A stretch of 60,798 nt of DNA, filler included, from Dirinaria sp. TL-2023a (lineage: Eukaryota): assembly GCA_051941275.1 (NCBI GenBank). It is 13 parts of 13 records of this genome, joined end to end, with 100 filler letters (N's around TTAATTAATTAA, not from the genome) between each part and the next. Parts side by side here need not be neighbours in the genome. Positions count along the whole stretch, not along the records: positions 9,428 to 14,034 come from JAVEBF010001816.1; positions 14,135 to 18,738 come from JAVEBF010001817.1; positions 18,839 to 23,441 come from JAVEBF010001818.1; positions 23,542 to 28,144 come from JAVEBF010001819.1; 9 more parts are not named here. The stretch is one strand, 5' to 3'. Shown here one piece after another: positions 13,052 to 23,669 of the stretch. A program made the position numbers and the translations under genes. How positions within the stretch are numbered: position 1 is the first letter of the stretch; each line of letters starts with the position of its first letter. The notes beneath the pieces were generated by a model, which made no database searches, was not told the origin of the DNA, and saw only the letters and a program-made list of their open reading frames with translations.

Positions 13052-15109
13052 GGAGTCAGTTTAATCGCGATGGCTTTACTTTGCAGCCACAATGATGGGC
13101 GTATGAGGCATGCTCACCAATCGCAGGAGGACGGGCGATCTTACAACGCCATGGCGAGGCTACCACTGCTGAAGGGGTCCTCTCGGGCGTGGAAGGATCC
13201 GAGCCAACCCTTGGGTTGTCGTGATCAGCGCCACCAGTGCGGAGGGGGATCACATGCAGAGTCAAGTAAGGTCGTTGCAAATCCACTTGACACTCGATAA
13301 CACCCTCTCACGCTGTAGGCGCCTGATCAACTCTGTCCAAGACACGCGGTTCTGGACCGTGTATGTACTACCACACTTTTTGAGCAGCGTGCATGCCCTC
13401 AAATGCAAACTCGAACGTCATGCAATGGTAGCCTGTCCAAGCCGCAATCAATTTTGTGACACCTCGAGACGCATGCGATCTACCCAAAATGTAAAGAAAA
13501 CATTTGGTGAGTTGGAATGCCCATGTAAGGTAGTATTACGAGGGTGGTTTGAATAAGGTAAGGATTGGTTGGGCATTGACGGCAGCAAGCGGCAGATTAG
13601 CGGCGGCGAGCGGCAAACCCTTCCCGCTCGCCTCGAAGTAAGGTACGAGTACATGTAAGATACAGGGTCGTTTTTGGGTACCTTACCTTATATACAGTAC
13701 TTACCTTACCTTACATTTACTGCAAGGAACATTTGTGCCCCAGATAGCTGACTTGCTCAGCCGCACGGAGCGGCAAAAAAGCTCTCTTCCCAAAGCGATA
13801 TGCGCCATCTTCCTAGCTTGCTCCATGAATGATCAGTCACGTGAATAGATATGATGGGTCACCTGTGCATTGGTCTCGGTATATGGAGGCAACCGTCTCT
13901 CCGCATACTAATCGGATGCTGTGTGACGAGTTCTTCTCGCCGGGCACACACCAAATTCCCTCGCTGCTGTCACCACAGATTGAAGCTGTGTTGAAAACCC
14001 GCCTTATGATAGGGCTGAGCCAAGATTCTGGAGTNNNNNNNNNNNNNNNNNNNNNNNNNNNNNNNNNNNNNNNNNNNNTTAATTAATTAANNNNNNNNNN
14101 NNNNNNNNNNNNNNNNNNNNNNNNNNNNNNNNNNTTAATGTGGTAGAATATAGCTTCTTCTCGGTGGATGATATAGGAATCATAAGTAACCCTTTCACGA
14201 AATCAGCTTTTTGCTCTACAAATTGATCATTGTATGAAGAGAACGAGCACAGATCGAATGCCGCGGTTTCAAACCTTCCAAACGCTAGAACCACAATCCT
14301 TTCAATCGTCTGCTTCTCCGGAGGATGGTCTTACATCCCAGATCTGAGCCCCTTGACCTCAAAAACATCGCGCTGGAAGACCAGATTTTCTAAATAGTCC
14401 GTGTCTGGAGGAGATAGAACGAATGCCATTCTGCAACATGGTGTAGTGATAGACGGGGTATAGACGGCTGGAAAGATAAGAGCATAAGATAAAGTACTCA
14501 TGGGCAGCAATGCGATGGTGTTAGGGAAAAAGAGATTGTGGGAATTATGATTGATGAATTCTGAGTCTCTAGCCATGCTCCCTTCGGCAGCGAGCGCAGA
14601 TGATAATGCCGCCTTCTGGTGTAGATCTACCACCTGATAAAGAAGAGCGAGTGCCAGACTTCGGGAGGCGGTTCTAAAACGGCGGAAGAGCATGCAATGG
14701 CGAATCCAGCTTTAACGAGCTGTGGAATCAAAGAATAAATTCCCTCAACCAGGAAACGCTAGTACAAATCTTCTGAGTCGTACGGTGTCCAGATGGAATG
14801 ATTTTACATACCTGGAACATGAGAGCTTTGATATAATCTAGAAGAGATACTACTTCATTGCTAAGCTGATAGATACATCCCAACACCACAATTCAGGTTT
14901 TGAAAACAATCACCTTGGTCCGAGATGAAAAAGAATCTGTGTTGCACTCTAGCACTATGAAGTACTGCGGTAAGAAGAGAGGCAGGGAATTCAGTCGTGA
15001 GCCTGAAGGAGATATGTATGACTTTCGCTTCTCATCTTATTATGAGAGCAGAAGCGAAGGTGCGCTTTACTGGCTCCTCCTGGTTTGGTTCAGAACCCAC
15101 GCATATTAG

Positions 15110-16430
15110 GATCGAAATGAAAATTAGATTCGTTTTCGTTTCGTGTAGTTTGATAGTCTTTGATCGGCTTTTGATTGTGTCTGCTTAATCAATCGTGAGT
15201 TTTTTTTTTTTCTAACATTTGGTTCTTCTAAACACTATTACGTGTTCGCGTTCGATTGGGGTTAGCTCCTTGCTCGATCTTTCTCCGATCGTGTTCTGTT
15301 TCTCGTTGTCCCCCCGACTCTTTTTTGCAGCGTGTGATATTTTTTCGCCTCTTGATAACTACACTCGTCTCTTCTGAGAGAAATCAGAGAAATTAGATGA
15401 CACTCGAAGTACTGAAATTATACGAGCCCAATCAATATATCAAAGAAGGCCGAATCAAACAGCCATCACGTCGAATGCGTCAATCGTGACAAAAAGCATT
15501 CCGGAGATTAATTCGTCTCGAGACAAGACATTCTGCCAATCGCATATAATCGAGTGTCTCGTATGCAAAGTTGTTGTACCAAGAATCAAGATTGAAAGGC
15601 ATCACGAAAAATGACGCTATTAATTCGCAGCAGGTCTTTCACAGAGAGAGCTCTGATTGCATGCAAAAAATCCTTGGAAGTCTTGGACAATGCTTGATCG
15701 AAAGTTGAACAGGGATTATTAAATAATCTGAAAAAAATATTTAGAAAACAATTATTATCGTCGAAAAGTCGCGAGTAACAGCAAGAAAATTATCTCGAAA
15801 AGAAAATAACGGAAGCGACGAATATTTGCATTCATAACATGCGTTCTCAGACGTCTCTTCTCATTTCATATTCTCTCGGGATCTCTTCTCATAGGAATCA
15901 CACTTCGATCATGTCGACCAAGATTGATAAAAGCCGGAGTCGACAGAGCTTCGATCCAAGAAAAGTAGTAGTCTAACTAACAAGGGCTCAAAAGATGTAG
16001 AGCAATGTTGTGAGTAAAGATTAGAATGAAGATGGATCTCTTAATCAAAAAGGTGCCGAAAACGACGAGAAAAGACGTAAAAGTTGGCGTTCTTTAGAAA
16101 ACCTGTCATTAATGCCCGAAGCCCGTCAAACTTCCGAGAATGGTTGAGACAGACAAAGCGTATCGACATCGATAGATGCAGCAGGAAGCGGACAGAGAGA
16201 TCGCTCAGCTTGAACGCATTGCGAACAAACGAAAAAGAGAGCGAGACAGCGAAGTCCGACAGTATGCCAGCGAATCCGTTGCCGCCACTTCTGTCCTCGT
16301 TTCTGTCATCAGCGACACCACTTCTTGATCGATGAATCGAATTTCCACTTCACGCGACAGATGATGAGACACAGTTGCTCAATCTCTTGGTCGTGCTGGA
16401 GATAGTTTTTCTACAACTTTTTCGAGATTC
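15110..16430 (-). pseudogene. Degenerate, C-to-T-mutated gene or repeat relic of unknown identity
   Basis: CC/GG-poor island relative to its flanks. Minus-strand frames read protein-like but are broken by TGA/TAA. Boundaries approximate. Confidence 0.4.
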
Positions 16431-18971
16431 ATTTTAAGGTAACTTATTCCGAGTCCATTGCACCCTATTTTCTCGGAAATTGCTCAGTACGCTCGGGGAC
16501 GAGAGAGTAGTGGGTACATTTTTCTGGCCGCTTTGCTTCCTTGAGCCTCTTTCGCGACTGTTAGGGCTGCAAGTGACCCTGAGACTCATACTTCTTCGGC
16601 GAAAGACAACAAAAAGCACAAGACGACTGCTCAACTGTGTAAATTCCAGCCGCTCCAGTATGAGATTATGTCAGAACGTGAGTTGCAGCATGCTTACCCT
16701 TGTCATTCAATTGCTTGGTGGTGCTCGGCCATTCATAACTTAATCAGTCTCTGGTCATCTGGTCGATCACTGATAAGCTCAAGTCTTTCTACGACCATCG
16801 GAGTTTTGGCACATGCAAGATCCCGCAGCCTGGTTGCAGGCTCAAGGATGAAACGCTGGCGTCAGCAGCGCCTCTTCCTGAGAACCGAGCATGGAGGCGA
16901 GAATACCCGGTTAGGCAAGCCAAGCAAGTCAAACATTGGCCATTCGTCGCCGGTAATGGTCTCTTCGACAAATCCGTGTTAGGTGTCTAGACCATGAGTA
17001 ACTAAGCTAGCTTGCAGAAAATGGAAAGTCTTGTATTTTCATCGCTTTACATCTGAGTCCTAATCAGCCGTCAACATTATTATGTCAACCCACAAACAAT
17101 TAAAATACCGCCGAGGCCACAATAGTGATTGACATATCATTGGCTCTCTAGTAGACCATGTGCACCTACGCCGCATCCGCACCCGTTTTGTCTGTTGCTC
17201 TTGTTAGATATCTGCTTCCCCGTCTTTTGTTACGTGGTTGCTAGGGATCACAGATTCCATCCACCAGAGCCATCTAATGCTGGGAACAACGCAGAATTAG
17301 TCACCCCAGGATATGCATTTCTCAATGATACAATTCCCCGTAGTAATCGCTTTTATGTGTGACCACGTGGCATAGTGAAATGAAAGCAGTCCCACGCTCA
17401 CCCAATCTCTAGAAAACCTACACTCAGGATGAATATCTTTTTCCTCATAAGATACCATATAATGGATTGCAAAACACCGACACGTAGCGTATCTCTTACT
17501 CGCGATAAGAATATCAAAGAGGGGGTTGGTATCTTTTGATGCTTCAGATATAACGGAGCTGAAACCATCTGCAGCAGGATTATTAGGTGTGGTAGTACTA
17601 TCATAACTGCTGCGGCTTAGCTCATCGAAGGTTGCGACACAACATCACAGACTGATGGACACGTAGCATTCATCAGTGCCGTGATGCCGTATGATAGAAG
17701 TAGCATTGCTTAGAAGTAATTCAGATCGCGACGGTGCCTTTTGAAGAACATGCGGCTTCATGGCACTTGAACTTGCAATACGTAGTTTTTGTCTCCGCTG
17801 ATCCATCGATACATTCTAAGTTCCCTGAAACAGTATTCTGTAACTGCAGTATCAGTGTTTGTAGGCCTGGTTGGAATTTGTTGGTGTTATAAGAGTTGTT
17901 GTCTGACTTGTGAAATGAGGCTCAACTACTGCGACGGTCATTGGCTGCGGGCCGAGCTTGCCACGCTATCAAATCCTACCATGTGTTGGCAAGGGCTGGT
18001 GTTTCTTGTCATGTCTTTCATACAAGTACTGCGTCCGATCCCTTTGCTCCGGTGCTCCTCTAGTTGGGTCTTCGAGATCGAAAGGTAGAGCTGCGATCTG
18101 AGAAAAATTGTGAACCCGGTTCCAGAGTGACGTAAGTTCGGGATGTAGTCATCAAGCCATCCACTCCATACTCCACTTTGAAGCTAATTCATAAAAGACA
18201 CATCTCTGCCAGCTCGGCGACACTGCTATTACTGACGGTTCCAAGGAAATAATTCTGGCCTTCTGGGGACCAGTGGGGGGCCCTTTGGATGCGAAGAACG
18301 AGGCTGAAAGAGGGGCAAGAAACCGGGACAGCAAGGCAAACACTTTGCTTCTGCCGCTGTCTGCAGGCGGCTACCGAGGTTGAGTGCGGCGTCCACATGA
18401 GGACTATCGAACTCGACGGGAAATGCTCCGCTCGGTGTCGCCACCTGAATCGTTTGTCAATAGGTAGTGTGGTCGCATTCGCATTTCATCGTGGTATATT
18501 GACATGGTAATCTTGATTGCCCATCCAGTCTCAAAGCCAACAGAGGTTACTTGTTATCAAGCATCATGTGTCGCAACGTTGGCCTACTTACTACAGTACA
18601 GGCTTGAGGTAGGGTGGCCTTAACGACTCGACGGACCATCGAGTGGAGGCTCGGGTCAGACTCGGTTGATGAGTAACATTGACGTTAACCTATCAGAGGC
18701 GATGGAATAGCCGCATATGACCTGCATAAATAGCACTCNNNNNNNNNNNNNNNNNNNNNNNNNNNNNNNNNNNNNNNNNNNNTTAATTAATTAANNNNNN
18801 NNNNNNNNNNNNNNNNNNNNNNNNNNNNNNNNNNNNNNGGTATGTATAGCACCCTGTTCCATATAATATATATGTATAACCCACTAGAACAGCGCCAAAA
18901 AAAATTCGCCTTCGCTCGCTAACTAAATCAATTCCATTGCAATTCTGCCCCGTCAACACGACCAAATCAAA

Positions 18972-21464
18972 TCAATCACCTATATCCCTTCCTTCTTCTT
19001 CTTTCTCCTTAACCCTCCTCGCCCCCTCAACCACCATCCCCACTCCCTTAACCGGATGCAGCAGCATGCCAGGAACACACATGCGGCCTTCGCCCGCCAA
19101 CTCCGCCTGCTCACCCCCATCATTATCGACCTTATACCCCAACCAGCGTTTCCACAGGTTCGGGCTGAACCCCGCATCGTAGAACCACGTCGTCCCCCTG
19201 AAATTATGTTCTCGGCTACCGAAGACGCTGGTGCGGGCACCGCCCGTGGCGCCGTTGCGGCCGCCGTTCATGACGGCGTTGAGATAGGCCGTCGGCCAGC
19301 GGCGGTCGATGTAGACCGGGTGCGGCGCGTAGACGGCTTTGTAGCCGTGGTGCAGCGCGATGGACGCGGGCCACATCTCGGAGAACATGAGGTGGCGCGA
19401 GAGCATGGTTTCGCGGTGCATCGTCTGGAGGAGTTTTTTGGAGAGGCGGCAGGTGGTGGTGATGGCTGCGCGGCGGGGTGGGAGGCCGTCCGTCGTGTTA
19501 TAGCCTGTGACGTCGCCCGTGAAGAACCAGGTCGTGCCGTCCGGGTCGAAGATCGGGTTGAAGACGATCAGATCGGCTTCTTCGTCAACGCCCCAGACAT
19601 ACTTGTCTTTCTCGTAGGAGACGGGGGGCGCAGTATCATTCTGGTTGGTGAGCATGTCTGCAGGGCTCAGTGGGCCCCAGACTGGAGTATCCGCTTTGGG
19701 CTGAGGTGTTCCTGCACCGCCTTCTGCGGTAACTTTTAAGCTGGACCATACGTTGTTCGGGTTATCTGTACCCATCTCGGTCTGGAAACGGACCATTTGT
19801 TTGAAGTCTTCCCAGCTCCCGTGCACGGAAGGGATATAGAATCGTCCACTCCGCTCCCAGAGACCCTTGCGAGGTTGAGCTTTTGCGAATGATTGAACCT
19901 TGTCCAGCAAATGGTACCATTGGCCGGTATAGCGGACGTCCATCTCCCAGTTCCAGAAGAAATCGAAGTCCGGGTTCCGAGACGCGAAATATTGAACAGG
20001 TAGAAAGGTGCCACGATAGACACCATGTACAGGCAAATCACGGAAGAAGCTCTCCTGAAGCCCACCGTAAATGAGGCTCATTTGCCTCTCGCTCCATAGA
20101 GTTCCCATACCGCGGAATTCTTTAGGAAGGGAGTTCTCCAGAACGCGATCGTAGACTCTCTGTTCCGCCCAGATTGGAATGTTGTCGTCTTTGACGTGGA
20201 TCAGAAAATGTACTACATATTCCCCACCCGTCATCAGAGAAAGTTCGGTGACTAAAGACCTGAGGTAGATGATATCCTCGGGAGTGTACTCATAGTTCCA
20301 CCACGTTCGTATCAAGATAGCTGTCCGTGGAATATGCATTAAATTGGTCTTCTTGGCAGATGCATTGGCATCCGTGCCATTGGACTTTGCTGAGCCTGGG
20401 CCCAGCTTGGTCGTATCGGATGCTGCATCGTCCCCGGATTCTGCATCGTCCGCAGAGTCTGCATGCTTCTGCGAAGTACCCATCTCTTGAAATAGATTAC
20501 TTTTCCAACCACTTGTTATAGCGAACCTTTTCCCATTCTTGGCTGCGCACGTCTTCTGAAGTTTCGCCCATTGAATGTTAGAATAATTAACCTCGGTCAC
20601 GTTTTCATTATCCAACCACATATCATCTGCTCCGTCTCGATCACCATGCAGCCCAGCCCCTACTCCCCCTCGTCGGACGCTGTAGCCATAGCCATAAGCG
20701 CCGAGTCTCCCAAATCGTTCGAAGCAAATGTCGTTCCGAAGACCAAGTACGTCGTGCGAGCCCATGACCGGATCTGGGAAGCCACGAGTATTCCCTTCGT
20801 AATAATGTACTTTGGGTATCCTGACTAGGCCATTCAAGTCGAGAAAACATTCATGTTTTCTATGATACTTTGATATGTATGATTCGGAATCGTAGTCAGG
20901 GTAAGGATCGAAAGGGATGCTCTTCGGCAAACTGCTGGCCGTTCGAGCTTGAACGGTATTATTATTTTCTGCACGAGGCGCTTGCTCGGTCTCGCTTGGG
21001 TACTCCGGCACATTCTCATTTTTCGGTATCAATGTCCTTATTCCCCCATGGTATCGCTTCAAGAATTCGAACCCCTCCCAAGGTGGAGGTTTGGGCGGCG
21101 ACGGTTTTTCAATCGGGCCCAGCTCCAATCGTTTCGCTTCCACCCAGCTCGCTCTTATCAAATGAAGTATGAAGAGCACTATGATTGATAATAATGCTAG
21201 GCAGAGATATCGAGCTCTACGATTCCACGTATGCCGTGAAATGCTATCCTTTCGCTTGTGCGGTGACTGTCTGAGCATTGGTTGATAAGAACCAGATGAC
21301 TCCCTTGATGAGCTCGAATAAAGAGGTTCCTCGTCTCGCTCCAGGCCAGGCGAAGGGGTCTGTCGGTAGTACTCATGTTTCTCAATCTCCGGTCCATTAC
21401 CTATGTCGTAAAGGTCATCGTCGTCATCGAAATACGTGGGTGGACGGCGATACTGCTTTCCCAT
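18972..21464 (-). CDS. DUF3405-family type II membrane protein (830 aa)
   Basis: Single-exon ORF with one TM (YLCLALLSIIVLFILHLI). Family motifs RTAILIRTW, LRSLVTELSL..GGEY, FFWNWEMDVRYTG, SEMWPASIALHHGYKAVYAPHP and MLLHPVK. Confidence 0.88.
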   Translation of the reverse strand: MGKQYRRPPTYFDDDDDLYDIGNGPEIEKHEYYRQTPSPGLERDEEPLYSSSSRESSGSYQPMLRQSPHKRKDSISRHTWNRRARYLCLALLSIIVLFILHLIRASWVEAKRLELGPIEKPSPPKPPPWEGFEFLKRYHGGIRTLIPKNENVPEYPSETEQAPRAENNNTVQARTASSLPKSIPFDPYPDYDSESYISKYHRKHECFLDLNGLVRIPKVHYYEGNTRGFPDPVMGSHDVLGLRNDICFERFGRLGAYGYGYSVRRGGVGAGLHGDRDGADDMWLDNENVTEVNYSNIQWAKLQKTCAAKNGKRFAITSGWKSNLFQEMGTSQKHADSADDAESGDDAASDTTKLGPGSAKSNGTDANASAKKTNLMHIPRTAILIRTWWNYEYTPEDIIYLRSLVTELSLMTGGEYVVHFLIHVKDDNIPIWAEQRVYDRVLENSLPKEFRGMGTLWSERQMSLIYGGLQESFFRDLPVHGVYRGTFLPVQYFASRNPDFDFFWNWEMDVRYTGQWYHLLDKVQSFAKAQPRKGLWERSGRFYIPSVHGSWEDFKQMVRFQTEMGTDNPNNVWSSLKVTAEGGAGTPQPKADTPVWGPLSPADMLTNQNDTAPPVSYEKDKYVWGVDEEADLIVFNPIFDPDGTTWFFTGDVTGYNTTDGLPPRRAAITTTCRLSKKLLQTMHRETMLSRHLMFSEMWPASIALHHGYKAVYAPHPVYIDRRWPTAYLNAVMNGGRNGATGGARTSVFGSREHNFRGTTWFYDAGFSPNLWKRWLGYKVDNDGGEQAELAGEGRMCVPGMLLHPVKGVGMVVEGARRVKEKEEEGRDIGD

Positions 21465-22694
21465 AGTTACGCAGTGGTGGCAGTAGTAGACTATGATGCA
21501 CCTGGGGAAAAGAGAGTTGCGCCACGCTCAATTGTCCTCAAGGGTGCTTGAAGCGATTGATCGTAAGGTGGCATTAGTGCTTGAATCAACGGTCACGCAA
21601 AACATATGCGACAACAACGGTAGTTTCGCTCTTGAGAGTCCTTGGCGGGGTCAGGCTGCCAAGCAAACAAAGTTGGCCGGGACACAACCCTAGCCAGAGC
21701 CTAAAATACCTTACCCTAGATACCCCTGGGCTACTTAAAAAAAAAGAGCACCCCTGGATCATAAAGTAAGTAAATGATAATCAGCTGTTGAGAAATGCGC
21801 GGTGAATCGTCATTCTGTGCGAGCGTCGCCCAGTTCGGCGGCGGCAGGTTTTGTGTATCTTTCCCAACTTTCCTCAATTTCCTATGTTCAAGCCAAATTG
21901 CATCTACACTGTTGAGAGATCGACCTGTTATCACTCTTTGCGCCGCCCAAACATGCCTCTCACTTGGTCACTCAGATGCCAGAATGTGAGCGCATTCGTG
22001 AAGGATCTTTGCACATAGTCTTTGCAAAGCACGGATTGCGAATGATCAATACCTGGAGGCAATGATATATAGCATCAGAGAAGTCTACCGGTGTCCACGA
22101 TCAGCTACATCGGAATTAACCTACAGCGTCCTCTTTAATAATGATTCCACGTGCCGAAAGCTTCAGAAGATATCTGACAACGGTATCAGAAGAAGCTCCT
22201 CGGTCACTGCCAGCTTCATATCGAGAGATCTGAACTCTGAAGCAGACCCGAGCGTGTTCCAAAGCCTTCTTGATTTGAACGTTTCCCAGCACAAGGAGGT
22301 TGCATGCGATGACATCTCTTTCCCTCTCCGTCGGTGGTGTTGGTAACTTTGACCATGGGCCATCCAGTCTGCTGCTCGCCATCATCTCTCTGCCATGTCA
22401 CAGTTTCCTTTCCAGCCGCTTCTCCGTTCTGGTCGATAAGATCTCGTGTTTGTTGATCGGTGTATCGTCTTCGTTGTCGCTACTATACCTACAGAATCAC
22501 AGATATGGTTTCTATCTCCGAGTTTGCTGGCTATTTTGCCAATTTACATGGCCAGCACAGAGTAGTCGATCAAGACTCACGGTCGACCTTAGCACAAACA
22601 ACTGCTTCAACCATATAACAGCCCTCTGAAGCCAGATACCCATGGAATCAGTAATTCAGCCTCGTCTAAGACCCGGAACAGCTAGAATCACACC

Positions 22695-23270
22695 ATGGTG
22701 ACCTTCCTTGAGCAACCTCACGATGCCTTCGCACCTTTGCTCGCTACCCTAAACTCTCCAGCTTTTCGTCACATCCTAGCAACCGCCATCACCATTGGAG
22801 CCCTAGCACTAGCCTACCGCTTCATCTACAACGACTACCACGCCTTCCTCGCACTAGGACCCGGCGGAACGCCCAGCACATTCAGGGGATACCTGCGCAT
22901 AACATACCTCCGCCTGTACGCGCACCGAGACTGTCTGACCCCACCACCTCTGACTCCCGACCTCCTGCCATCATCAGGCTACCTCCTGCGCCTCCCGCGC
23001 CGCGCGAGCCCGAGACCGAAAGTCGCGGGCATCGCTCCGCAGCGCCAGCTCGACCAGCGACCGCTTCGGCGTATCCACGATGCCCTGGAACGGGCGCTGC
23101 GGGACCTGGCTGATGCTCATCCGTGCCTGCTCCGCATCGGCACGTCCGCGGCCGAGAAATACGGCTTCGCGCTGTTTTTGAATGCCACGGCCGCAGTGCG
23201 GCGGAAAGGCGCCGCGCACTTGAACGAGACGTGCCGCGACACGGGCGAGATTTGCCATTTGCATGACATG
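22695..23270 (+). CDS. Fungal luciferase-like (Luz/DUF5519 family) protein, first exon only
   Basis: TM helix followed by NDYHAFLALGPGGTPSTFRGY, LPRRASPRPKVAGIAPQRQLDQ, GTSAAEKYGFALF and GEICHLHD. GTGAGT donor at 23271, CTAAC branch near 23410. Contig ends at 23441. Confidence 0.8.
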
Positions 23271-23669
23271 GTGAGTCGTTCTCTCTAGAGAGCTGCAAGG
23301 ATAAACACATGAAACAAAAAAGGGAACCACCGAAAAAAAAAACCTCATGGAATTTCCCTCATCCTCAACCTCTTCATACGTCCCAGGAAAAAAAAAAAAA
23401 AAAAAACCACTAACCTCCCCACCCCCTCCCCCCAATTATATNNNNNNNNNNNNNNNNNNNNNNNNNNNNNNNNNNNNNNNNNNNNTTAATTAATTAANNN
23501 NNNNNNNNNNNNNNNNNNNNNNNNNNNNNNNNNNNNNNNNNGATTCTGATCGTGTCTTGAGTGTTGATATTCTTGCTGGACTGACTTGCCTGAATTGTCT
23601 TCATCCTCTCCTCTGCTTGAGAGGCGTGAGAGGCGTAGAGGCGCTGAATGATGTCCTACACGCTCTTTC

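Noticed and set aside
13070..13300. 76-aa ORF with faint P450 K-helix-like 'MARLPLLKG'
   Set aside because: Too short, with no ExxR or other supporting motif.
14135..15110. Minus ORFs of 120 and 71 aa as a gene
   Set aside because: No recognisable motif or consistent exon structure.
17129..18450. Possible decayed secreted-protein remnant and short ORFs
   Set aside because: Multiple stops and only a vague resemblance; cannot be supported.
19056..19739. 227-aa plus-strand ORF
   Set aside because: Antisense by-product of high GC3 in the DUF3405 gene.
22116..22629. Small gene between DUF3405 and the luciferase-like gene
   Set aside because: Overlapping short ORFs in several frames, none with a motif or clean splice model.
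9428..23441. P450s plus luciferase-like gene as a bioluminescence cluster
   Set aside because: They lie on different contigs, and no hispidin synthase, hydroxylase or caffeoylpyruvate hydrolase is visible.
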